Below are positions 9,036 through 18,847 of a DNA stretch of 64,000 bases, piece after piece. Under the pieces are notes generated by a model that saw nothing but the letters and a program-made list of their open reading frames with translations, made no database searches and was not told the origin of the DNA. Made by a program: the position numbers and the translations under genes. How positions within the stretch are numbered: position 1 is the first letter of the stretch; each line of letters starts with the position of its first letter. The DNA comes from Pseudomonas aeruginosa PAO1 (GTDB lineage Bacteria > Pseudomonadota > Gammaproteobacteria > Pseudomonadales > Pseudomonadaceae). The DNA is taken from assembly GCF_000006765.1 (NCBI RefSeq), contig NC_002516.2; one strand, 5' to 3'.

Positions 9036-10215
9036 ACGGAGCAGGGCGGAGGTCGGCGTCTGGCTGCTGGCCGGACTGGCCTTCGTGGTCGGCACGGTGG
9101 AACTGGTGGTGGCCGGGGTGCTCGACGAACTGGCCGCCAGTTTCGCCGTCAGCCAGGGCCGGGCCGGGTTGCTGATGAGCCTGTACGCGCTGGTCTATGC
9201 GCTGCTCGGCCCGCTGCTGGTCTACCTCAGCGCCGGTATCGAGCGCCGCCGCCTGCTGGCCGGCGCGCTGCTGGTGTTCGTCGGCGCCAACCTGGCCAGC
9301 GCCGCCGCGCCGAGCTTCGCCCTGTTGCTGGCGAGCCGGCTGCTGGTGGCGGCCAGCGCCTCGGTCATCGTGGTGGTGGCGATCACCCTGGCGGTGGCCA
9401 TTGTCGCGCCGGAACGGCGCGGCCGGGCGATCGGTCTGGTGTTCGCCGGCATCGTCGCCTCGCTGGTGCTGGGCGTACCGCTGGGCACCCTGATCGGCGA
9501 GTTCTGGGGCTGGCGTAGCCTGTTCCTGCTGCTCGCCGGGGTCGCGTTGCTCGGCCTGCCGCTGCTCCTGCGCCTGCTGCCGGCCATCCCCGGCGCGCCC
9601 GGCATCGCCCCGGCGGAGCAACTGCGGGCGCTGGCCCGGGGCCGGGTGCCGTTCGCCCACCTGGCATCGCTGTTGCAGATGACCGGCCAGTTCACCGTCT
9701 ACACCTACATCGTGCCGTTCCTGGTCGGCAGCATGGCCCTCGACAAACCGACCATCAGCCTGGTCCTGCTGGTCTACGGGGGCGGCGGCATCCTCGGCGC
9801 GCTGCTCGGCGGACGCGCCGCCGACCGCTGGCCGGGGCCGGCCACCTTCGTCGCCTTCCTGCTCCTGCACGCACTGGCCCTGGTCCTGCTGCCGTTCGCC
9901 ACCGGCGGCCTGCCGCTGCTGCTGGGCGCGGTGGTGTTCTGGTGCGTGTTCAACATGGCGCCGGGGCCGGCGATCCAGAAATACCTGGTGGAACTCAGCC
10001 CGGACACCGCGGCGATCCAGATCAGCCTCAACACCAGCGCGATCCAGCTCGGCGTGGCCCTGGGCGCCTTCATCGGCGCGATCCTGGTGGACCAGGTGGC
10101 GGTGCGCGCGCTCCCCTGGTGGGGCGCCGCGCTGATCCTCGGCGCCGCCGCCTGCGGCTGGCTGTCCGCGCAGCGGCCGGCGGGCACGGCGGACTGCCGG
10201 GAGCGCCTCGATTGA
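9022..10215 (+). CDS. MFS transporter (DHA1/NepI-like efflux)
   Basis: Hydrophobic segments, ERRGRAIG, LGVPLGT, WRSLF; start at MGETERS. Confidence 0.88.
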   Translation: MGETERSRAEVGVWLLAGLAFVVGTVELVVAGVLDELAASFAVSQGRAGLLMSLYALVYALLGPLLVYLSAGIERRRLLAGALLVFVGANLASAAAPSFALLLASRLLVAASASVIVVVAITLAVAIVAPERRGRAIGLVFAGIVASLVLGVPLGTLIGEFWGWRSLFLLLAGVALLGLPLLLRLLPAIPGAPGIAPAEQLRALARGRVPFAHLASLLQMTGQFTVYTYIVPFLVGSMALDKPTISLVLLVYGGGGILGALLGGRAADRWPGPATFVAFLLLHALALVLLPFATGGLPLLLGAVVFWCVFNMAPGPAIQKYLVELSPDTAAIQISLNTSAIQLGVALGAFIGAILVDQVAVRALPWWGAALILGAAACGWLSAQRPAGTADCRERLD

Positions 10216-10317
10216 TTCCCTACCGCGCGTCACGGGAACAGCCCCGGGCGCCGTTCCTCAACCTCCAGGCTCACTACCGCTATCCGTGGCGTGGCCTGCC
10301 AGCAGCGAACGCTTACC

Positions 10318-10827
10318 ATGGATAGCCAAGGCTCCATCAAGAACACCCTGATCGCCCAGTTGTTCCAGCAGAACTACGACTGGCTGTGCAAGAAGCTGTC
10401 CTACCAGACCGGCTGTAGCCACAGCGCCGAAGACCTCGCCGCCGAGGCCTTCCTGCAGGTCTGGATGCTCCCCGACCCGGCGTCGATCCGCTCGCCGCGG
10501 GCGTTCCTCGCGACCATCGCGCAACGCCTGATGTACGAGAGCTGGCGGCGCAAGGACCTGGAGCGCGCCTACCTGCAGATCCTCGCCGAGGCTCCGGAGG
10601 CGGTGCAGCCGTCGCCTCACGAGCAGTGGATGCTGATCGAGAGCCTGCAAGCCATCGACCGCCTGCTCGACGGCCTGTCCGGGCAGGCCAGGGCAGTGTT
10701 CCTGATGAGCCAGCTGGAAGGCCTGACCTACGTGCAGATCGGCGAACGCCTCGGATTGTCCCTGGGGCGCATCCACCAGTTGATGAAGGATGCCTTGCAC
10801 TGCTGCTACCGGGGATTCCAGGAATGA
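10318..10827 (+). CDS. ECF sigma-70 factor, FecI type
   Basis: AEDLAAEAF, PRAFLATIA, region 4 FLMSQLEGLTY. Confidence 0.92.
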   Translation: MDSQGSIKNTLIAQLFQQNYDWLCKKLSYQTGCSHSAEDLAAEAFLQVWMLPDPASIRSPRAFLATIAQRLMYESWRRKDLERAYLQILAEAPEAVQPSPHEQWMLIESLQAIDRLLDGLSGQARAVFLMSQLEGLTYVQIGERLGLSLGRIHQLMKDALHCCYRGFQE

Positions 10828-11780
10828 GCGAGAAGCCGGAACGGCAACGCATCGTCGAGGAGGCCATCGAATGGATGGTGCGCCTGCAATCCGGCGACTT
10901 CAGCGCCGCCGAGGGCGATGCCCTGGAACGCTGGAAGGCGCTGTCGAGCGAGCATGCCGAGGTGTTCCGGCAACTGCTTGGCAGCCTCGCGCCGCTACAG
11001 GACTCGCCCTGGCGCGGCCAGCCGAGCGCTACCGTGCTGCGCGCCCTGGAGCAGCCGTCGAGCCGCCGGCGCTTCGTCGGCGGCGCCCTCGGGCTGTTCG
11101 TCCTGCTCGCCGGCGGCGCCGGCCTGGAGCGCTGGGTCCAGGCCGGCATGGGTCTGCCCGGCGAACTGGCGACAGGCACCGGCGAGCGCCGCGACTGGTT
11201 GCTGGCCGACGGCAGCCGCCTGCGCCTGAACGCGCGGAGCAAGGTGCGACCGCTGCTCGACGGCGCCCAGCGACGCCTGGAGCTGCGGCGCGGCGCGATG
11301 CGCCTGGAAGTGAAGGAGGACCCGCGCGGCGCCTTCGCCCTCGACTGCGCCGCCGGACGGGTGGACTGCGCCAGCGGCAGCCTGCTGCTGGCCGAGGAGC
11401 GCGGGGCGATCCGCCTGGTGACCCTGCGCGGCAGCGCGCGGCTGACCACCGGTGAGGGACGCCAGCTGGCGGTGGCGGCACGACGTAGCCTGCTGTTCGA
11501 TGCCGGCGGCCTGCTCGAACAGGGCCCGATGCAGGCCGGAGAGGATGCCTGGGCCAGCGGCTGGCTGGAGGTCCACGACCGCTCCCTGGCCTGGGTCGCG
11601 GAGGCCTTCCGGCCCTATCTGCCAGGCATCCTCCAGCTCGACGCGGAGATCGCCGGCAACCGCGTCAGCGGTCTGTTCCCGCTGGACGACATGCACACGT
11701 CCCTGGACATGCTCGGACGCAGCCTGCCGATCCGCGTGCTGCGCTACAGCGACTACTGGATCAGCCTGCGCCCCGCCTGA
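10824..11780 (+). CDS. FecR-family anti-sigma / transmembrane sensor
   Basis: EAIEWMVRL, TGTGERR..LADGSRLRLNARS, W..GWL, RVSGLF; ATGA overlap with the sigma gene. Confidence 0.92.
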   Translation: MSEKPERQRIVEEAIEWMVRLQSGDFSAAEGDALERWKALSSEHAEVFRQLLGSLAPLQDSPWRGQPSATVLRALEQPSSRRRFVGGALGLFVLLAGGAGLERWVQAGMGLPGELATGTGERRDWLLADGSRLRLNARSKVRPLLDGAQRRLELRRGAMRLEVKEDPRGAFALDCAAGRVDCASGSLLLAEERGAIRLVTLRGSARLTTGEGRQLAVAARRSLLFDAGGLLEQGPMQAGEDAWASGWLEVHDRSLAWVAEAFRPYLPGILQLDAEIAGNRVSGLFPLDDMHTSLDMLGRSLPIRVLRYSDYWISLRPA

Positions 11781-11781
11781 C

Positions 11782-12627
11782 TCATTCGTCGAAGAACAGC
11801 AGGCAACGCAGTTCGATACTCTGCCGCGGCGGCGCATCGGCCGGGGTGCAGGGATCGTCGAAGGCGGTGTGCGCGCCGAGGCGGGCCTGCGCGTCCTCCC
11901 GCGAATCGTAGATCTTCAGCAGCAGCGCTTCCTCCGGCAGCAGGTGCGGGTAGTAGTACCAGCGGTGCTCCGGGTTGGGCTTGACCGAGTAGGTTTCGCC
12001 CACCTTGTCACGGTACACCAGGTCACTGGCCACCAGGTCGTCGAACGCCAGGCTGCGGGCGTCCAGCAACGCCAGCGGCGCGCGCTGCGCCGGGTGGCCG
12101 AACGGACGCCACAGGTTGACGATCTGGAAGCGTCCGGCCAGGCGCCGTTCGGCGCGTTCCGCCGGCAGGTGGTCGCGGACCCGGCGCGGCGCCGAGCGCA
12201 GGGTCTGGTCGTTGTGCACGTAGCGCACCGGTTCGCGCAGGCCGCGTTCTTCGCGCCCGGCCTGGTCGACGCGCAGCGTGTGGTCGAAGATCACCGCCTC
12301 GGCGGCGCCGGTCAGGCGGCGGAGCAGGGCGATGCTTTCCGGGTAGTAGCGTTCACGAACCTGGGCTTCATCCTCGAAATCGCCCACCGCGCTCGCCTCG
12401 CGCACCAGTTGGAAACCCTCGCGCTCCAGGCTGGCCGGTTGCGCCAGCAGACGCGCATTGCGGATCGCCACCCGGGTCGGCTGCAACAGCGCGCTGCGCT
12501 GCGGCGTCCCGGCAGGGGCCGGATAGGTGTAGGCGACCGGCCGTTGGCCGTTGTCGCGGATATAGTTGACCTCGGCCTCGACCTGCTCCGGCGCGTGCGC
12601 CGGCCATGCGTGTTGCTGGCAACCCAT
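11782..12627 (-). CDS. CmcJ/NvfI-family putative Fe(II)/2-oxoglutarate oxidoreductase
   Basis: FDHTLR, HND (HxD), VNLWRP, AHTAF and RQSIELR motifs. Confidence 0.7.
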   Translation of the reverse strand: MGCQQHAWPAHAPEQVEAEVNYIRDNGQRPVAYTYPAPAGTPQRSALLQPTRVAIRNARLLAQPASLEREGFQLVREASAVGDFEDEAQVRERYYPESIALLRRLTGAAEAVIFDHTLRVDQAGREERGLREPVRYVHNDQTLRSAPRRVRDHLPAERAERRLAGRFQIVNLWRPFGHPAQRAPLALLDARSLAFDDLVASDLVYRDKVGETYSVKPNPEHRWYYYPHLLPEEALLLKIYDSREDAQARLGAHTAFDDPCTPADAPPRQSIELRCLLFFDE

Positions 12628-12775
12628 GTGTCGTTCTCCCGTTGCCAGCGGAGATGCCTCCGCTGCCGCGCCGCCGGATGCCGCGCGTGAACGGCCAATC
12701 TAGCCGCTGGCAGGCGGCGGCGAAACGAACATCGAGCGCTGGCGTCCTGCCTTCGTGGAATAAGCCCGGAGCGGC

Positions 12776-13810
12776 TCAGGACATCGCGTCGAGTCGTCGC
12801 CGCTGGCGATACTGGCGCGGCGTCATGCCTTTCCAGCGCCTGAAGGCATGGCTGAAGTTGGACACCTCGCCGTAGCCGAGGCGCTCGGCGATCTCCTCCA
12901 GGCGAATCGCGCCGGTGGCCAGCAGCTCTTCGGCGAGGGCCTGGCGCACCTCGTCGAGCAACAGGCGGTAGCTGCTGCCCTCGTCGTCCAGGCGGCGACG
13001 CAGGGTACGCACGGTGAGGTGCAGTTCCATGGCCAGGGTCTGCATGTCCGGCAAGTGGCCGGGCGTCCTCAGCAAGCGGTCGCGGATGCGTCCGGCCAGA
13101 CCGCCGCGCACCTGGCGGCGGGCGAGCAGGGCGCGGCACTGCTCCTCGCAGGCGCGCGCCACCTCTGGATTGGCGCCGGGCAGCGGGAGGTCGAGGAAGC
13201 GCCGTTCGAAGACCACCCGGTTGTCCGCCTGGCCGAACGCCGGGCACAGGCCCAGCTCGCGCACGTAGGGCGCGGGATCGGCGGGCGGTGGGCGGCGGAA
13301 GCCGGCGCGGAGGATCGGCAGGCGCTGCCCGGTGAGGTCGCGCTGGATGCGCAGCACGCCACCGGCGTCGCGTTCGAGGAGGAAAATCCGCAGGTCCTCG
13401 GGAATGCCGGCGTCGTCGAGCACCAGGTGCGCTTCATCGTCGTGTACCTCCAGGCGGATGCCATGGAAGGCGAAGGTCAGGTCGAGGTAGCGCAGGCCCA
13501 GTTGCGCGGCGCTGAGGAAGGTCGGGCTGCTGAGCAGGGCGAAGCCCCAGATGCCGTAGGCGTTGAGGTGATAGCGCAGGCCTGCCGCCAGGCCCGGCGC
13601 GCAGGCGTCGCCCAGGTGCCGGACCAGGTTGCGCACTACGCTCAGTTCCTGGGCCGCGTCGATTTCCCCGGAGGGATCGCCGAGCAGGCGGATATCCAGG
13701 CCGCTACCTGCCAGGCACTGCTCCAGGCCGAGGCCGCGGTCGATGCCGAACTGGATCAGCAGGTGCGCGCTGATGGCGCTGCGGCGGGGAGACCAGGGCG
13801 GAGTGGGCAT
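12776..13810 (-). CDS. AraC-family regulator (arabinose-binding-like N-domain, OruR/VqsM type)
   Basis: YGIWGFALLSSPT N-domain; C-terminal double HTH LTVRTLRRRL / LGYGEVSNFSHAFRRW. Confidence 0.92.
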   Translation of the reverse strand: MPTPPWSPRRSAISAHLLIQFGIDRGLGLEQCLAGSGLDIRLLGDPSGEIDAAQELSVVRNLVRHLGDACAPGLAAGLRYHLNAYGIWGFALLSSPTFLSAAQLGLRYLDLTFAFHGIRLEVHDDEAHLVLDDAGIPEDLRIFLLERDAGGVLRIQRDLTGQRLPILRAGFRRPPPADPAPYVRELGLCPAFGQADNRVVFERRFLDLPLPGANPEVARACEEQCRALLARRQVRGGLAGRIRDRLLRTPGHLPDMQTLAMELHLTVRTLRRRLDDEGSSYRLLLDEVRQALAEELLATGAIRLEEIAERLGYGEVSNFSHAFRRWKGMTPRQYRQRRRLDAMS

Positions 13811-13956
13811 GGTGGCGTCCGAGGTTGACCGAAAATCACAACTTTATGTCCGGCCCGGCCATAACGCCAGTCGCCCCGGCGAACTAGGATGCTGCCATCC
13901 GCCGCTGGGCGGAATCGCGCCGGACGGCGTGGCAAGCAACAAACGGGAGCACAACA

Positions 13957-15432
13957 ATGCACAACGAGTCCCGCCCTGAAGCCCCCTTGCGGGTGCTGGT
14001 GGTCGGCGCCGGCTTCGCCGGTCTCGGCTTGGCGATCCGCCTGCGACAGGCAGGCATCGACGATTATCTGGTCCTGGAAAAGGCCGCCGATGTCGGCGGT
14101 TGCTGGCGGGAAAACCGCTACCCGGGCGCCGCCTGCGACGTCCCCTCGCATCTCTATTCGTTTTCCTTCGAGCCGAAGGCCGACTGGTCGCGCAAGTTCG
14201 CCCCGCAGGCGGAAATCCTCGACTACCTGCGGCATTGCGCGGACAAGTACCGTCTGCGCGAGAAGATCCGTTTCCACTGCGAGGTGGAGGAGGCCCGTTT
14301 CGACGCCGGCAGCGGCGAATGGCAGGTGCGCTGCGCCGATGGCCAGACGCTGCGCGCACGGGCCCTGGTCTGCGCCACCGGCCAGTTGAGCCGGCCGCTG
14401 CTGCCGCGCCTGCCCGGCCTGGAGCGCTTCCAGGGTCCGGCGTTCCACTCGGCGAACTGGGACGCCGAGGTCGAGCTGGCCGGCAAGCGGGTCGCGGTGA
14501 TCGGCACCGGAGCCAGCGCCATCCAGTTCGTCCCGCGGATCGCCCCGCAGGTGCAACGCCTGTCGCTGTTCCAGCGCAGCGCGCCTTACGTGATCGCCAA
14601 GCCGGACCGCACCTACGCCGACTGGGAACGCCGCCTGAAGGCGCGCTGGCCGTGGCTGCAACGCCTGGATCGGGGGCTCAAGTACCTGCACCACGAATCG
14701 CGGATGCTCGCCTTCGCGACCTTCCCGGCGCTGATGAAGGTGATGCGGCTGAGCTTCCATCGTCACCTGCACCGGCAGATCGCCGATCCGCAACTGCGCG
14801 CGCGGCTGGTTCCCGACTACCCGCTGGGTTGCAAGCGCATCCTGATCAGCAACGACTATTACCCGGCGCTGGCCAGGAGCAATGTCGAACTGGTCGACAC
14901 GGGCATTCGCGAAGTCACCGAAGACGCCGTGGTCGGCCGTGACGGCCGCCGGCACGAGGTCGACGCGATCATCTTCGGTACCGGCTTCGCCGCCACCGAG
15001 TTCCTCGCCCCGATGCGCATCCTCGGCCTCGACGGACGCGACCTGCGGCAGGCCTGGGCGGATGGCGCGGAAGCCTACAAGGGCATCAGCGTCAGCGGCT
15101 TCCCCAACCTGTTCATCCTTTACGGGCCGAACACCAACCTCGGCCACAACTCCATCGTCTACATGCTGGAAAGCCAGTTCCCCTACGTGCTCGGCTGCCT
15201 GCGCCAGCTCCAGGAGCAGGGCTTGCGCTACCTCGACGTGAAGCCCGAGGTCCAGCGGCGCTTCAACCTGGAGGTGCAACAGGGGTTGCGCCATACCGTC
15301 TGGGAGCGTGGCTGCGACAGCTGGTACAAGACTGCCGCCGGCAAGAACACCAACAACTGGCCGGGCTACACCTTCGTCTATCGCTGGCGTACGCGCCGGC
15401 CGGAGCTTGCCGACTATGACCTGGCCCGCTGA
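13957..15432 (+). CDS. Baeyer-Villiger-type flavin monooxygenase
   Basis: GAGFAG, GGCW..NRYPG, fingerprint FQGPAFHSANW (FxGxxxHxxxW), GTGASA. Confidence 0.92.
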   Translation: MHNESRPEAPLRVLVVGAGFAGLGLAIRLRQAGIDDYLVLEKAADVGGCWRENRYPGAACDVPSHLYSFSFEPKADWSRKFAPQAEILDYLRHCADKYRLREKIRFHCEVEEARFDAGSGEWQVRCADGQTLRARALVCATGQLSRPLLPRLPGLERFQGPAFHSANWDAEVELAGKRVAVIGTGASAIQFVPRIAPQVQRLSLFQRSAPYVIAKPDRTYADWERRLKARWPWLQRLDRGLKYLHHESRMLAFATFPALMKVMRLSFHRHLHRQIADPQLRARLVPDYPLGCKRILISNDYYPALARSNVELVDTGIREVTEDAVVGRDGRRHEVDAIIFGTGFAATEFLAPMRILGLDGRDLRQAWADGAEAYKGISVSGFPNLFILYGPNTNLGHNSIVYMLESQFPYVLGCLRQLQEQGLRYLDVKPEVQRRFNLEVQQGLRHTVWERGCDSWYKTAAGKNTNNWPGYTFVYRWRTRRPELADYDLAR

Positions 15433-15442
15433 AGCGCCCCTG

Positions 15443-16372
15443 ATGTCGCCGCCGCAACGCCTGCGCGCCGGTCTCCTGCGCGGCTGCCTGCGCCTGTTGT
15501 TCCGCGGGCTGGTCCGTCCGCCCATGCCAGTGGCGCTGCAACGCGGCGTGTTGCGCGGGCTGAGCCTGGCGACGCTGGGCGCCGGCGGCGTCGTCCGCGA
15601 GCGCCGCAGCCTCGCCGGCGTGCCCTGCGAGTGGTTGCGGCCGCGCGGGGTGGAGGCGCGGCGCCGGGTGCTCTACCTGCACGGCGGCGCCTACCTGATC
15701 GGCTCGCCGGCGACCCACCGGGCGATCACCACGCACCTGGCCCGGCGTTGCGCCGCCGAGGTCTGCGCGGTGGACTACCGGCGCGCCCCGGAACATCCGT
15801 TCCCCGCCGCCCGCGACGACGCCCTGGCGGTCTACCTGGCATTGCTGGAGGCCGGCCATTCGCCGCGCCGGCTGCTGCTCGCCGGCGACTCCGCGGGCGG
15901 CCACCTGGCGCTGTCCCTGGCCCTGGAGCTGAAGGCGCGCGGCTTGCCGTTGCCGGCCGGGTTGCTGCTGTTCTCGCCCTGGACCGACCTCGGCTGCCAG
16001 CGCCTGCACACGCCGGCGGCCGGCGACCCGCTGCTGTCGCGGGCCTGGCTGGAAAGCGCGGTGCGCCTGCTGCTGCCGGCCGACGCGGAGCCAGGCTCGG
16101 CCGCCTTGTCGCCGCTGCATGCCGACCTGGCGGGGCTGCCGCCGCTGCTGGTACAGGTCGGCGAGGACGAACTGCTGCGCGACGACAGCCTGCGCCTGGC
16201 GCAACGGGCCGGTGAGCAGGGCGTCGCGGTGCGATTGCAGCGCTACGCCGGTTGCTGGCACGTGTTCCAGGCTCATGCCGGCGTGTTGGCCAGCGCCGAC
16301 CGGGCGTTGGACGAGGCGGCCGCGTTCGTCGTCGAATGCAGCGCGGAGGGCGACAGGTGCAGAACATCCTGA
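15443..16372 (+). CDS. HSL-family esterase
   Basis: HGGAY, GDSAGG, SPWTDL, E-L-D and WHVFQ catalytic residues. Confidence 0.9.
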   Translation: MSPPQRLRAGLLRGCLRLLFRGLVRPPMPVALQRGVLRGLSLATLGAGGVVRERRSLAGVPCEWLRPRGVEARRRVLYLHGGAYLIGSPATHRAITTHLARRCAAEVCAVDYRRAPEHPFPAARDDALAVYLALLEAGHSPRRLLLAGDSAGGHLALSLALELKARGLPLPAGLLLFSPWTDLGCQRLHTPAAGDPLLSRAWLESAVRLLLPADAEPGSAALSPLHADLAGLPPLLVQVGEDELLRDDSLRLAQRAGEQGVAVRLQRYAGCWHVFQAHAGVLASADRALDEAAAFVVECSAEGDRCRTS

Positions 16373-17112
16373 TCAGTGGTGCCGCTTCCGGAATCGGCGC
16401 CGCCAGCGCGCGGCTGTTCCACCGCCGGGGCTGGCGGGTCGGTTTGCTGGACATCGATGCCGAGGCGTTGCGCGGCTTGGCCGCGCAACTGCCGGGCGCC
16501 TGGCACCGCGCCGTGGACGTCAGCGAGCCCGACGCGGTCGGCGAGGCGCTTGCGCAGTTCTGTGCCGATGGCCGCCTGCGCCTGCTGTTCAACTGCGCCG
16601 GCGTCCTGCGTTTCGGCCGCTTCGAAGAGGTCGCCCTGGAGGACCACGCGCGGTTGCTGGCGATCAACCTGCATGGCGTCCTCAACTGCTGTCACGCGGC
16701 CTTTCCGTTCCTGCGCGCGACGCCGCAGGCGCAGGTGCTCAACATGGGCTCGGCATCGGGGCTGTATGGCGTACCGGAGATGGCCGTCTACTCGGCCTCG
16801 AAGTTCGCCGTGCGCGGGCTTACCGAGGCGCTGGAGCTGGAATGGCGCCGCCACGGTATTCGTGTGGCCGACCTGATGCCGCCGTTCGTTCGCACGCCGA
16901 TGGTCGCCGGGCAGGCCTACCAGCCGCCGGTGTTGCGTCGCCTGGGGCTGAGACTGGACGCCGAGGATATCGCCGAGGCGGCCTGGCGGCACGCGCACAG
17001 CCGGCGGGTACACCGGCCGGTGGGCGGGTTGTTCACGGCGCTGTACTGGGCTGGGCAGTTGTCTCCGCCGTGGGTGAACCGAGCGGTGATGGCGTGGTTG
17101 TCGCGGGGTTAG
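16357..17112 (+). CDS. Short-chain dehydrogenase/reductase
   Basis: GTG start; SGAASGIG, NCAG, YSASK. Confidence 0.9.
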   Translation: MQNILISGAASGIGAASARLFHRRGWRVGLLDIDAEALRGLAAQLPGAWHRAVDVSEPDAVGEALAQFCADGRLRLLFNCAGVLRFGRFEEVALEDHARLLAINLHGVLNCCHAAFPFLRATPQAQVLNMGSASGLYGVPEMAVYSASKFAVRGLTEALELEWRRHGIRVADLMPPFVRTPMVAGQAYQPPVLRRLGLRLDAEDIAEAAWRHAHSRRVHRPVGGLFTALYWAGQLSPPWVNRAVMAWLSRG

Positions 17113-17332
17113 GCTCTGCGCAGGATGGATAGAACGGATTAAAGCTTGGGTGGGTTTCACGCTGGATGGTCTAGCTGCTTTTCGTGGCTGCCTCGACTTC
17201 TTGTTTCGCCGTCCCAGGCGAGTGAAATCCATGGTAGATCTCGGACCATAGGTATGCCTTAGCCAGGCGCCGGTGCTTATCGCTACCGTTGAGCCCAAGA
17301 GTCCTCCTCGGGTGGGACCGTTGCCTCCCGTA

Positions 17333-18766
17333 TCAAGCACGCATCGTCAGCATCTCTTGGGGGCCTTCGCGTAGGAGCGCTGCCAGGACTGCGAAGCCGT
17401 CAGATAACGTATTCCCCCCTCCTGGGGAATTGCTGACGCTGATTCGAATGGCCTGGGGAAGCGTACCGCGGCCCGTACTAAAGGCCTCTGCGGTGGTGAC
17501 AAGATGCTGCTGTCCGCGCATGCCTTGCTCTATTTCGATGGCGCGCCAGGGGGCTGGCACTTCTACCCAGAAATGCGGACAGCATAGATGGCTGCGATAG
17601 GTCAGGCCCTGCAGCAGGTCCACAACCAGCGCTTGGCGACGCGCGATTTCCCCTCTCTGGTATTCGAGCAGTGCGCTTGCAGTACCGTCCTCGACCCATC
17701 GGCTCGCAATCTCGAGAACCAGTGGTGTCGCCATCCAGCACGAATTGCGAAGCGCTGCTGCCATGCGACTTACCATGGATGCAGGAGCATGAACGTATCC
17801 AACCCGCAATCCTGCAGCGACCGCCTTGCTCATGCCACCGATGAGGATGCCCCGCTCAGGCAGCAGATGGCAGAGAGGGGTGGGGCGTTCGGCCATCAAT
17901 ACAGCATGGGTTTCGTCCTCGATGACGATCAAGCCGTGCTCGCGGCAGATCTTCGCGATTTCCTTCCGCCTGGCGCCTGACATCACTGCAGTGGTCGGGT
18001 TCTGGATGGTGGGTGTGCAGTACAGGGCGGTGATCCTGTTCGTGCGGCAGGCCTCTTCGAGGGCGTCGGGCAGTAGCCCCTCTTCATCCATTTCCAAGCC
18101 GAGCACCTTGATGCCCAACAGTTGCGCGGCACTGATCAGCCCAGGATAGGAGAGCTGCTCCGTTACCAGGGTGTCGCCGGCGCGCAGCATGGCCATAAGC
18201 ACGACGAGCAGACCGTGTTGGCTGCCATTGACGCACAGAATCTGCTGGTGCTCCGCTTGAAACTCACCGTGAGACAGCCATGTTGCTCCCGCTTGCCGGT
18301 GTCGGAGCAGTCCTGTGTCGGGTGTGTAGAGCATTAACTCCTGCAGGAGCTCAGGGGCCGCACTCAATTGCTGAAGGCTGCGGGAAAGCAGTTCGGTCTC
18401 ATTGCCCGGAATATGCATATTCCGGCTCATGTCGTTGCACATCTCGGTGCTGTCTACGAAATTGCGAAAGCCCGCCTCCCGAGCACGTTCTCGACCGCGG
18501 TTGCGGACGAACGTACCGTCGCCGACCCGAGCCTCAACCAGCCCCATGCGCTCCAGCTCACCATAGGCCCGGCTCACCGTGCCCGCGGTCACACCGAGCT
18601 TGTCCGCGAGGATGCGATGTGGCGGCAGCTTGACTCCCTGCCGGAGAACCCCATTGCGAATAGATTCTTCGATGCCCTGGGCCAGCCGTTTGTACTTCAG
18701 GCCGGGCCCTTCTGGTAGGAAGAATCTGAAAATTGAATCGGTGTCAATATTTGCTTTGACCGGCAT
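17333..18766 (-). CDS. MocR/GabR-family regulator (GntR wHTH + PLP aminotransferase-like domain)
   Basis: KLPPHRILADKLGVTAGTVSRAYGEL HTH; EQLSYPG, IEDE, SKAVAAGLRVG. Confidence 0.92.
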   Translation of the reverse strand: MPVKANIDTDSIFRFFLPEGPGLKYKRLAQGIEESIRNGVLRQGVKLPPHRILADKLGVTAGTVSRAYGELERMGLVEARVGDGTFVRNRGRERAREAGFRNFVDSTEMCNDMSRNMHIPGNETELLSRSLQQLSAAPELLQELMLYTPDTGLLRHRQAGATWLSHGEFQAEHQQILCVNGSQHGLLVVLMAMLRAGDTLVTEQLSYPGLISAAQLLGIKVLGLEMDEEGLLPDALEEACRTNRITALYCTPTIQNPTTAVMSGARRKEIAKICREHGLIVIEDETHAVLMAERPTPLCHLLPERGILIGGMSKAVAAGLRVGYVHAPASMVSRMAAALRNSCWMATPLVLEIASRWVEDGTASALLEYQRGEIARRQALVVDLLQGLTYRSHLCCPHFWVEVPAPWRAIEIEQGMRGQQHLVTTAEAFSTGRGTLPQAIRISVSNSPGGGNTLSDGFAVLAALLREGPQEMLTMRA

Positions 18767-18799
18767 ATTTTCTCCGAATTAACCTCAAATAAAGAGGTT
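18732..18799. promoter_or_regulatory. Two inverted repeats in the divergent mocR/eamA control region (candidate operators)
   Basis: ATTGA-N7-TCAAT at 18732-18748 and AACCTC-N7-GAGGTT at 18781-18799, within an AT-rich tract. Confidence 0.45.
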
Positions 18800-18847
18800 T
18801 GATAAGCAATAAAGGGCGTCAATCAAAGAATAACATGGGGGAAAGAC

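Noticed and set aside
13826-13842. TTGACCGAAAATCAC as an Anr box before the BVMO operon
   Set aside because: Half-site spacing is off by one and the right half is poor; more likely a -35 element or AraC site
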